Assembly: GCA_030704615.1 (NCBI GenBank)
Contig: CM060733.1
Location: forward strand, 38,874,001 to 38,938,000
Length of the DNA stretch: 64,000 nt
From: Takakia lepidozioides
Taxonomy: Eukaryota; Plantae; Bryophyta
Direction of reading: 5' to 3'
Position numbers and translations under genes: made by a program. Below, piece by piece: positions 1 to 10,849 of this stretch (positions are counted from its first letter, which is position 1; every line of letters starts with the position of its first letter). The notes beneath the pieces are model-generated. The model was not told where the DNA came from. It made no database searches and saw only the letters and a program-made list of their open reading frames with translations.

Positions 1-7
1 GAGATCG

Positions 8-1084
8 GTGCCGGATGAGGTGATGGAGCTCATACTGAAGCGGCTGCCAACTCGGGATTTGCTCAGATTCAAGACTGTCTCCAAGCGATGGTACGCTATG
101 ATCTCCTCCCCAAACCTGCAGTCTGACTATTCAGGGCCCCCATTCACTGAGCAGTGGCTGCTCATGCTTCCCGTAAATTCCCATGTGGACAAGCTGTATG
201 CATTCATACCGCGGATCAATCGGTGGCAACCGCTCACTCTCCCCAAGACGATCTCTCACCAATTTCAGTATGTAGACGCTGCAGGTGGTAATCTAGTGTG
301 CTTGACCGATCGCGGATCCAACAAGTGTGGAGTCACTAGAGTTGTTGTGTGCAATCCACTGATGAAAACATGGCAAGAGTTGCCCCCACTTCAGATACCA
401 GGGCAGATTCAGATTATGGGTATGAATCCAGATACCAAGGCCTTCAAAATCCTTGCAACTGTTCCGAGCACTGTTCCGAGCACTGTTACTGATTGGAGCG
501 CGCAGACTTTCGTGGAGGTATACGATTCTGAGCTCAATTGCTGGAAGAGAATGACAACCCCAGTCTCATCAGTAGCGGCTGATTCCACCCCGATGATTTA
601 CTGTAATTCTTGCTTCTACTTTCTGGGTTCAAATTTTAGTCTTTTTGGCTTGGACATGGAGCGAGAGGTCTGGATTGAGGTCCGCACGACAGGCCTGCAC
701 TTTGGGATAGGAGTCATATGCGAAGACAGAAAGCTGATAGAAAGTGGCGGGCATTTCATCCTCTTTACCGCGGAGGTCGACCTTTATGGAAAGAGGGACT
801 TCACTCTCTGGACGCTGAATGCTGCGCTGAAGTGGGAGAGGGCAGCAGAAACGCCGTGGTTTGTGTCAAGCCACTTTTTAAACGATCATAGTAGCTTCAG
901 TGTCCTGGCTACCAGGTGTGGTAGCTCTATTTATCTCAAGAACTCTCAATACTCTCGAGTGGCCCAGGTTGATCTTCTTGATGATGGTGACGGATGGACT
1001 CCTCGCAAAGAGTGCTGGCGATGGATTCCAGAGCATCCAGCTGCAGTCCCCCTTCGCACAATGTTTCAATCTCTTTGGCTTTGA
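8..1084 (+). CDS. F-box protein with C-terminal FBA/kelch-like beta-propeller region; 5' end probably lies outside the window
   Basis: N-terminal F-box signature (PDEVMELILKRLPTRDLLRFKTVSKRW), followed by typical plant F-box motifs VVCNPLMKTWQELPP and VEVYDSELNCW. The frame is open to the window edge. Confidence 0.9.
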   Translation: MPDEVMELILKRLPTRDLLRFKTVSKRWYAMISSPNLQSDYSGPPFTEQWLLMLPVNSHVDKLYAFIPRINRWQPLTLPKTISHQFQYVDAAGGNLVCLTDRGSNKCGVTRVVVCNPLMKTWQELPPLQIPGQIQIMGMNPDTKAFKILATVPSTVPSTVTDWSAQTFVEVYDSELNCWKRMTTPVSSVAADSTPMIYCNSCFYFLGSNFSLFGLDMEREVWIEVRTTGLHFGIGVICEDRKLIESGGHFILFTAEVDLYGKRDFTLWTLNAALKWERAAETPWFVSSHFLNDHSSFSVLATRCGSSIYLKNSQYSRVAQVDLLDDGDGWTPRKECWRWIPEHPAAVPLRTMFQSLWL

Positions 1085-3487
1085 CCTTTTGACATGAGCA
1101 GTTCTCCGCCCCCGGCCCCCCTTATTTTTCCTCGCTCTTTCCCTGTGTCCCCTTCTCCTCTCGTCACCACTACTGCCTCAATCAGAGGTGGCAACCAGCA
1201 TGCCAACAGATCTGCCGACTACATTCGTCTTAGTGTGGACGAAGGGTTGTCAATACTTAGAGCATCTGGCAATATGACGTTCGAGAACAGGATTCAAGTA
1301 GATTTTCATGGTATCTGTCTGCAAGATTGCGATGGCTTGGTTTATGGTGAACTGCCAACAACATTCGATTGAATAGATGTGCCTATTAATTAGCATGACA
1401 GCTCCAAAGGATTTATCACCAAACCAAAATAGTGAAGGTTGTGTTTTCGTCCCTGAGCGTCTGTTGTCTGTGCCTCTCTTAACAGTGGTGTTAACCCCCA
1501 CAAATAGGCTGTAGCAATCTTCACTGTAACAGTGTCATTTTCTTCTATATCCTTTCAGCACTTTCAGTGCCAGAATAGCAACTAGGCTGGAATAAACTTC
1601 AACTTCACCAATGATAGTGAGCACCCAAATGAGGGGTACTGGTCCCTTTCCCTCGTGTCCCATGCTTTCCGCTCTACATTTATTTCTTCTTTGCAAACCA
1701 CAGTCACATGTCACGTGTACGCTGTTGGAGGCATCATCTTCTCCAAAATCATTTCTGTGCCTCTCCTGGATCATCCTGGCGAGGACTGTGGGATGCTATT
1801 ATCTGGTGGATTTAACCCATGCCAGGTCTTGGAATCCAACACTAGTTACACTGGTGAAGAAAAATCGGAGGACAATAATTAAATGTCTCAGGTAATATGA
1901 GAAGATTATGGATGCTCGAGTGGTCCAAGGAAGTAATACTTTCAACTGCCGCTCCAGTGCATGCATGTCCATTGTCTCACTTATTCGCTCTACTTATGCT
2001 CGAGATGGCAATGACACTGGTACAAACTTTAGTAATATGATATTGCACCAAGAACGTGTGTAGTTTGCAGTAACCAGATTCATAGAGAATCTTTACAGCT
2101 GAGCCCAATAAGGAAATGCAAGCCATTTTTAAGTAGTTTCTGGATTCGATAAACAGCGGAGAGAGACGATGGTGGAGAGAGACGAAAAAAATTGTGCTGC
2201 AGAATGTAAGCAGCATACTAACGACGAATGTGTCTTTCATACACCTGCCTGTGCCTCAGCTTCTGACCTCACTCATTTTGGGTTTATTGGCCCTGCCTTC
2301 CTAAGGCTCAAAGGGTTTTGATTCTTAACACGAATTAGTTCAAGACTGGGCGGGGCTGAGGCGCGGCGGAGCGGTGGTGGGCGGGGGGGTGTTAGCTGGA
2401 ATATTTGGATGAAATATGTGTGCAGCAGACTAAAATGCAGAAAAAGGATCCCCAGTTGCAGAAAACTGGGTTTTATTCCTTTTAATTTTTTTTTAAAAAC
2501 TGGCAAATGCAGGTCATGGAATGTTCCAGCAAAGTGCCAGTACTGGTGATCTCCAAGATATATATATATGTATAGGTATAAGTAATGTTTTTTTCCAGAT
2601 TATCTTTACAACCTATTCATACTTACAATAGGGCAGGGCTGGCATGTATTCCATGCATTTATTCATTCGCTATGGGGACATCTCATTCGATGTAGAGAAG
2701 GCCTTGACGGCTTGCTCTATTCCTTCATAATAGTGCGGTGCCCACATCTTGACCATCCGAGACATCTAAGGGCCAGAATCTGCCCTAACTGCCCGAGGAA
2801 TTAAAAACTGAATTATGAGAATCAATTTGTCAGGAAAAGGGACAATGGAGGAGGAGGAGGAGAGCTCCGCGTTCTGCGGTGAGAGAGAAAGCTTCCTCAA
2901 CAGCTTTCCCCCAAGCTCTCAAGTCCTCAACCCCTCTTGCAGGCTTAACCTATCGCCCTTGTCTTCGGGCCTGTCCTGCGGCTTTTCCGCCAGTTACTAT
3001 CGCTTCAAGAGAATACATCATCACCCGAATGCGCTTCTGGGACAACCCCATCAACCTCTAAAATCTTGTTAAGGTTTCAAATGAACTTCCCCACCTTCAT
3101 CCCTTTCGCTCGCACGACGTCTTATCCCTCTCATGAATACACATCAGCCTCCTTAATGCAGGGCCGCCTTTGCTCTGATCCCTTCTCTAATCACCTCCAA
3201 TATCCAGGCCTCAGCCAATAGCCTTCCACCCCTCTCATGGAAGTTATGGCCCCCGACAGGCTCTGTCAACATCAGCCATGCAGCCGTCTCACATCCTGAA
3301 TTCCCACCACCTTAAGCCCTTCCCCCGCAACTCTATGCCCTTCTCTCCTGCCTTCCCTTCCCGCTCTCTCTCCCACTTGCTCGAACTCGCTTGAGATTCA
3401 TCTTGCATTTGGCAGGAGAATCGGCATTCCCCAGCTCTCACTCTGCCTATCTAGCGCAGATTCTGGACGTTTGCTCATCGACAGTTT

Positions 3488-4928
3488 GTGTCCGGTTACT
3501 CTCGAGCTCTCCCTTTATCTAATTCAAACTGGTCGCTTGACATGGGACCCATTCTCAACAGAGCCTTTGGTACTGCAACCTCCCATTCGGGCCTACCAAG
3601 TTTCCAATTGCCCCCCACTCAAGCGGCTGCAGTGTTGGATCCTGCTACGCACGACTATTCTCCGCCGAGCCAAGACACTGAGCACCTGGATGAGACGATG
3701 GATGATGCGTCTACCTTGCAGCTAGCAATGGAGAGAGAGGTCCACCCTCTAGTTGATGTCGGGCTGTTGGATCAGCTGTACAGCAGAGTTTCAACTTTTG
3801 AAAACAAGGGAGTCCTTCTTCACTTCCCGGGGAAGAAGATCAACAGGGACTTAGCTAGAGAGTGGGTTATAAGGCATCTTGGAGGCTCAGGGGACCTGCA
3901 GCCGCACTTCTGTCACTCAAGAGGAAGAGGCTTCTACTCGATTGTGCTGGAGTCTAAAGAGGCAGCCGATCGGGCGTTGGCTTTCAACCCGCACCTGCAT
4001 GGCCTCAAACGTTAATATTTTCCCATGGTCCCCATCCATGGGCAATAGAAATGGGAAGGTCTGGAGTCCTAGAATCATTACGCTTCCCTACATCCCTGAT
4101 CAGTACCTATACAATTTACCAGACATATGAAACTTCTTTGGAGCTTATCTGGGTTGCTTGGGAGTATTTGACCCCAATTTATGCACTGACAAATTAAGAG
4201 AGGACCTAGCATGGAGGGGGGGAACTATTATTTCAAGAGCACATGAGACAGGGTTTCCCAAGATTGTTGTTATGATGCCCAAGGACTCAGTTCTTCCAGA
4301 ATTCATAAGGCTTCCAATTGATGCTCAAGGCAACTATTTCTCTGTCAAAATTTCTGAGGTCAGGGATTACTCAGCATGTTTTTATTGTGGGCTCTTTGGA
4401 CACATCAAAGCAAACTGTCCAAAGGCCAAAAGGAAAAGAGCTGTTTCATCTCCAACGCCATCTACCCCGGCTGAAGCCCAAATACCCAACATAGTCCAGC
4501 CTAATGCCACTCGCCTGCCCACATCAGGCCACATTAGGCAGACACAAGTTTTGGTGGCTACACCGCAAGGATCAAGCTGCCAGGTAGCAGATGCGGCTCT
4601 CAAACAAATTTCCACCTCCCCCCAGACCAAGAGAAGGAAGCACCTGTTGGACCCTATGCTTCTGGAAGCCAACTACAATGCACCCACAAGCTCAGCTTCA
4701 CGCATACAGGAGACCAGCACGAAGGATAAGGCAATGGATATCAAGGGAAAGCAAAAGATCCAAAGCTCGCATGACGTCAACCATACGCAGCAGGATGAGG
4801 TCACCCCCACCCCAACATCCCGTCCCTCACCCATTGCTCATAACCCTATGGTTGCCAGCATCTGCTCCAGCATTAACTCTTTCCCTTCCTTACCCATTGC
4901 GGGATGTTCAGTTACACTCCTCAGCTGA
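3488..4928 (+). pseudogene. LINE A ORF1 (RRM/DUF4283-like region plus CCHC zinc knuckle), frameshifted
   Basis: Contains RGRGFYSIVLESKEAADRALAFNPH, continuing in a shifted frame as NIFPWSP, and the knuckle CFYCGLFGHIKANC (CX2CX4HX4C). Confidence 0.8.
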
Positions 4929-5055
4929 TCCAAAGGCTACATGCCTCACACCATTGGTTTTCCGTAAGAAGCCTAGGCCAGCCTTTCTTCTAACAGCCAG
5001 GGACGGTATAAACTTCAATTCACTCTAGATCACAGTTCACGATGTTCAATCCTTC

Positions 5056-5913
5056 ATGGACACTTCTCCCAGGGAAAGTAGCCCAATTCCCACACTCTTC
5101 AAAAAGATTCAGAGCTATTTCTGGTCTTATCTCCCCTTCTACTCTCTTGAATCACAAGAGACTATAACCTGGGGAGCCTACTCTGAGGCCTTTCCAAGTC
5201 TTTGCTCGGATCTGTCTCCATCAACTCATATTCTGGCTTTGTTGGATGAGGCAGTCCTCTTGGGCAGTAAGTTCTCCTTACCAAGTGTGTGGGCGGAGCC
5301 GGGGCACTTCGACGATACAAGTGTCGTCAACAAAGCCATCACCAGAACTAAGGACACACTCAAGAACGCTTTTACAATCCTCAACACTTTTCTAGACGTA
5401 GAGAACTATGATATCAACGACGAAATCGAAAGGAAGCGTATTGCAGACAATGTCACCCATTTTTATGAACCAGTCAAGCACACATACAACCCAGTGGGGT
5501 ACATCTCGACATCCAGCTCCTCGGACTTGCAGTTGTCCAACTACACACCCAATATGGTTGCCGAGCCTCACCACCTCTTGTCCCTCCGTATGCCGCTCCC
5601 CTCGCCGACCCCAGCACCTATGCATACACCTCCCTTCCATGTAAGTGCCTTCCCCCAACCATCAATTCCATTTCTAATCTACTCTGTCAATGCTAACAAT
5701 CCTAAGAGGTATAGAATTCTATGCTTCCAACCGGATCTCTCGCCTATCCCTTCAAACATGTTGTTCCCTTCCATAGCCCTTTCACCCTCGGAGGAGGAAT
5801 TCTCCATCTACCTGGGCCCTGGCCCTCTCCCTCCAGAAACCCCTATACCACTCAAACTAGTACTGTTGTCTGACTTCTTTATGCAGCTGGCCACACCCAA
5901 ATCTATTCGGTGA
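5056..5913 (+). CDS. LINE A coding segment of unknown function between ORF1 and the endonuclease
   Basis: 285-aa open frame. Blocks SSSSDLQ, NPxRxRxLCxQ and PLPxETPIxLKLxLLSDFFMQL are shared with LINE B at 15340-15821. Confidence 0.6.
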   Translation: MDTSPRESSPIPTLFKKIQSYFWSYLPFYSLESQETITWGAYSEAFPSLCSDLSPSTHILALLDEAVLLGSKFSLPSVWAEPGHFDDTSVVNKAITRTKDTLKNAFTILNTFLDVENYDINDEIERKRIADNVTHFYEPVKHTYNPVGYISTSSSSDLQLSNYTPNMVAEPHHLLSLRMPLPSPTPAPMHTPPFHVSAFPQPSIPFLIYSVNANNPKRYRILCFQPDLSPIPSNMLFPSIALSPSEEEFSIYLGPGPLPPETPIPLKLVLLSDFFMQLATPKSIR

Positions 5914-6144
5914 AGATTGATGTCTTGCCATAGATTTAAACCTATCCACACCAACGGAGCCCCAAACCTTCATCTGCAGAACACCCGTGCTCTTTTTATT
6001 GAGATAAAAAATCAGCACGCTCGGCACCTCTAGCTCACCACTGGTCCCCATCCTGGCTCCCTTCCGATAAGCGTACCTTGTTCCGCTTCTTTCACTTCAG
6101 GCCATCATTTGAGAGCAACCCTCTCAGCCTGCCTCCCTCTCTGG

Positions 6145-7108
6145 ATGCAAGTTAATATTTCCTCCTGGAATATTAGGGGCTTGGGGTCAGACAGTATAGC
6201 ACTAAAAAAAACAAAGTTGGCTACCTGGCTCGCCCCTCATATTCCGACGCAAGCTGTTGTTTTCCTACAAGAACATAAGCTCTGCAATAGAAAAATTCAT
6301 AGTCTCTTTGATCAACTTTGGCCCAAATCTTCGGCCCTCTGGAAGCCTTCCCACGATGGCACCAAAGGGGGTACAGCCATCCTTCTTTCTCCCTCTCTCA
6401 AACCCTTCCTTCTCAAAGATGAAGTCTGGGAAATAGGGAGAGTGCAATTCTGCTCTCTCTTGTTTCCCAATGACTCGGAGCCTACAGGATTTATCAACGT
6501 CTATGCTCCAAACAACATCCAGGACAGAACAAAACTTTGGGACAAAATCAATACTCTTATGGCAAACGAGTCAACTATCCACAACTGGATTCTCGCCGGT
6601 GACTTCAACATGGTTAAATCCTCTTAGGACAGAAAAGGCCAGGGTTCCCACCATCTCTGTTCGGAGGAGGAAACCTCCTAGCAATGTTTAACCCAGGGCC
6701 ACAGCTTGTTGGAAATTGAAAGACCTCCACCCCTCCCATCCACTGTTCACCCTTTCTTCACCTAGACAAATAACAGAGGGGTCAGCGACCTTTCTATGGC
6801 TAGGCTCGACCATTTTTACACCTCGCTCTCCCTTTCTCCGAGAGCCTTCCAAAGTCCCCAGGAGCCAATTGCACAGGGGTTTGATCACGCAGTAATTTCG
6901 GCTTCCATCAACATGCCTAATTCTTTTCCTAGAGGGAGGGGAATTTACAAGATGAACTCCTCCCACCTGAGTCCTATGTTGAAAGCCTGAAGCTCGCTTG
7001 GTTACAATCAGGGAACCTCCTTCACTGCCCAGTTGCCAGGTTTCAAGAAAAGCTCCAGGCAGCATGCACGGTAAGTCAGAACAGCAGCAGACTTATTACT
7101 GCCTCACG

Positions 7109-7143
<35 letters not shown>

Positions 7144-10100
7144 GGCCCTAGGGAAATGCCTAAGTGTTTGTCAGAAGAAAATAGAAACCGATTATTGCGA
7201 TGACCACACTTTTCAAACTTACCTTGAAGCCCGGCTCAATCTAGATTGTCACAATCTTCTTCAGGAAAGCAAAATGAAGCTTCAGACAGGCATCAACTGG
7301 TCAACTAAGGGGGAAAAAATGTCGAAATACTTCTTTCAGAAAATGAAGCTGCGAAGGGCTACCCAATCCATCTCTGAGCTATACACCAATGGTCTTGGAT
7401 CCAAATCCTCAAACCCCAAAGAGATGTGCTCTTCTGCATTTTGCCACTTCTCTTCCATTTTCCAGGCAGACCCAAAAAAACCCACACTATGATATCCACC
7501 TACGTGACTGTCTTCAATACTTCCCGCAAAAGCTTCAGGCACATGACTCCCCAGCCCTAGAGGCTGATTTCACGGCTCTTGAACTGAAGAAAGCTCTTGA
7601 CCTCATGAGCAATAACAAGGTCCCAGGGATTGATGGGATGCCGGTGGAATTTTATAAAGCAGTCTGGACAACTATTGCGGACGACTTCTGCAATATGGCC
7701 AACGGGATTAAAGCCTCTGGAATTATGCCCCAGTCCATGTCACAGGGGGTAATAACCTTGCTTTTCAAGAAAGGAGATAGGCCGGAAAGCTGGTCTTCCA
7801 CCCGGTTTCTGCCAATGGGTTTCTATCCTTCTAGATGGAGCCTCAAGTAGGGTAACGGTCAATGGACATCTCTCCAAAGCCTTCCGGCTTCAGAGATCAA
7901 TTAGGCAGGGTTGCCCGCTGGCCCCCTTCCTATTCTTGTTTGTGGCAGATGCCCTAGGTTATATGCTTGACAATAACGGGGCTGTTAGGGGCCTGAAGCT
8001 TCAAAATCCGAGAACCAACGATTGGTGTGAAGTCAAGGATTCCATGTTTGTTGATGACACCTTCCTCCTTCTTGAGGCAACCCCATCCACCTTAGCTACT
8101 GCTGAACAAACCCTTATGCAATTATGTGCCGTCTCTGGCTTTAGAGTCAACTGGTCCAAAACCAGGGCCCTACTTCTGGGTGATACCTCCAAGTCATCCA
8201 TAGGAACGGCTCCAAACTGGGGACTACACATGGGCTTGGTTTGGCTGAAAAAAGGCGAAACCACTATGCTTCTGGGGCATACATTTGGCATCAATCTTAC
8301 TGAGGATCAAAGAATGGGCCCAACCATCCAAGCCCTCAAGAAACAGCTACTGGGGCTCTCTCCATCTTTCAATCACCGGAAGAGCCCTGGCTGCCAATCA
8401 GGTTCTCATGGCAGGCATTTGGTACTTTGCCTCCTCCTGGGGCCCGGACAATAGGTTCATCAACGAGGTCAAGAAATGTGTCAGGAATTTTATCTGGGGG
8501 GGCAACATCAACCTCGCAGAATAAGAGGCCGCAGGTATCTTGGCATCAGATCTGTCCCCCCAAGAAAATAGGTGGTCTGGGGGTGCTTGATGCACAGACC
8601 CAGATCAAGGCCCTTCTTGGTAAGTGGGTTCCTAGGTTTTTGGGACGTGAGGGTGGTTGGAGGAAACTAATGGTAGCCCCCTCCATTACCACATCCTCGC
8701 CAATGCCTAGCATAGTCTGGCCCTCCTCTACTCGCTGGTTGGTTCAAGGATTTAACCATAAATCCGAAGGATCCCCACTATGGAAGTCCATTTGGGATGC
8801 ATGGAATTGCTTTAGGCAATTTCTGAGGAAACAAGAGCCTTCCTCGTACCATGAGACTATGAGACAACATCTTTTCCTGAACTCTCACAACCCGACCCAG
8901 CAGGAGAAAAGCCAGGCCAAAAGATGGGCTGCCTGGGAGACCAGGGGCTTTTCTACAGTTCTAAACCTATGGAATAGCGTCTGCCTCCCTTCAGCTCTCC
9001 CTGGGGACCCGCCGTCTTCGCACAGGCATCACTGCTATCATTGAATCCATCCCTAACTCTTGGAAACAGATCCTCAAGGATGGCCCTGCCCCACCGTCCC
9101 CTCATCTTTGGGTCATTGCCTCTCTTCCTGTTCTACGTGTACTCTACCTCACTCAGCTACAGTCACCGGCTATGCCTTTCAGGCTGATGCCATTACCGGA
9201 ATCCTTACCATGTCCTCTATTCCATCGGTCACCCTTCCCTCCTCCATTACCTCTCCTGCTCGCATCTTTCTCTGGTCTGACCCTTCAAAATCATTTAACC
9301 CTTCTGCTCCCATGGGTACTCCTGCTGTGGACTGGCTCAAAAAAAGCACCTTTGCCCTCATAGGAGGCTGTGGCATCTCCTACCTGCAACTGGACCCAGT
9401 AGAATGGAAATGGGCCTTCGATAATGAGCTCCTGCCTTTCTTTGCTTATACAGCCAAGACAGGTTACAGAGCCATGCTAAATGCTAAACCATTATACGAC
9501 AAATGGAACGACAGATGGGGCCACATGCAGTTTGCACAGGTTGATTGGAAATGCATCTGGAGGTTGACCCGCACACCGGGTTGCGGTGGGGGTGGCTCCA
9601 CAAGGGGTGGTGGTAGCTTAGTGGGACTTAGTGGGGGTGGCATATGGGAAAAATCCAAACCTGCTAAGGCCAGTGCCTTCCTGTGGCAAATAGCAAACAA
9701 AGTGCTTAAAGTTGGGCAATTCCTAAATTTTGCGGAAGCCCTCCTATGCCAGTGCTGCTCTATAGGGACCATCAAATCCCTGGAACATTGTCTCCTACAC
9801 TGCTCGGCCCCTACAATCATCTGGCCCTTGGCCCGGATCTTATACAGTTCTTGGGACAATATGCCAGTAGCAACTGTGGCTCTTCTTCTCAACTACAACC
9901 AGCAGAGAAAGGATATCGCTTTGGACTGTCCGGTTTTCGAAACAATGAGATACTCAGTTCTATGGAATCTATGGAAAGCCAGATGTGCATGGGCCCTAAG
10001 CAATGACAACACATTTGCCACTGCAATTATTTCTCTAGTGTTCTTTGATTTCAAGGTAGCTATGCCTCTAAGAAAGCATGGGCATTATTGTGTGCAGAGG

Positions 10101-10340
10101 CTATCAGGAAACCACAGCGCCAGCCGGCCCTTCTCTCTGCCTTCAGAGCAACCTGGGGATAGCATGGGATCATTTGTCGCTGCACTAATGATCTCACCTG
10201 TGTATGGACGGACAGACTCCCAGACTGCTGGCAGGGACACCGTGCCAACCTCTTTGGTATCTCCTGAATACGAAAGATCGGAGGTTAATTGGAAACACAT
10301 CAGAACCTCCTCGGCCACCAGGCTCCATTTCCACAGATAG
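6145..10340 (+). pseudogene. LINE A ORF2 (APE endonuclease, RT, zf-RVT)
   Basis: Motifs SWNIRG, FLQEHK, NVYAPN, AGDFN, ARLDHFY, KVPGIDGMPVEFY, RQGCPLAPFLF, SMFVDD, VNWSKT, GGLGV and CQCC...SLEHCLLHC. There is an internal RT deletion near 7781, a poly-A run at about 7089-7139 and several stops. Confidence 0.92.
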
Positions 10341-10849
10341 TCCTCATGCCGCTACTGTCCTTTCACTCTTCCTGCCTTCTTCCCCCATCCCTCCCACTCT
10401 CAATGTTTGTCCTCCCTCCGCTCTCTTGGATGTCCTCCCTCGGTTCTCCTGCATGGCCATAGTTTTGGCAGTTCTTTTGTAGGGCCCAGCATAAGCATTA
10501 CTTTCTCTCACAGCCTGGGGGTTTCGCCTCAGTCATTAGTCAAGCATTAGGCTGGCTGGTTCAAAAATGCAAATAGCAAAAGGCAGATAGCTAATGTACT
10601 TAGCAATTACAGATAGCAATGAAGCTCTACCAAGAGCTTGCATGACTTGGTTCGATCAAACAGGAGGAACTCAGTTCTTCTGGTATCAAACACGACCCCG
10701 TGTGTTATACCTTATGGCAGCCTTCGGGCACCCAAGGGTTTTAATTTTTTTCCCTTCCAATAATTATTAATAAAGCTCTAAAGGGCTTCCTCCCCTTTCT
10801 CTATATATATATATATTGTCAAAACTGCTCTACTACTACTATAGACGGG

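Larger units (their letters stand above)
2570..10815 (+). mobile_element. L1-type LINE retrotransposon A, near full length and decayed; 5' boundary uncertain
   Basis: ORF1 with a zinc knuckle, then APE endonuclease, RT and zf-RVT in order. The 3' UTR has AATAAA, a terminal hairpin and a (TA)n tail at about 10802-10815. Many stops and frameshifts. Confidence 0.9.

Noticed and set aside
458-487. 12-bp tandem duplication in the F-box gene (TVPSTVPSTV)
   Set aside because: Ordinary in-frame slippage with no further significance.
9570-9640. Synthetic Gly-Ser linker (GGGGS-like)
   Set aside because: It is the antisense of a natural Pro-rich sequence that also occurs at 41107-41190.
10780-10798. 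Histone mRNA 3' stem-loop
   Set aside because: Stem sequence and 7-nt loop do not fit the histone consensus with its 4-nt loop; treated as a LINE 3' structure instead.
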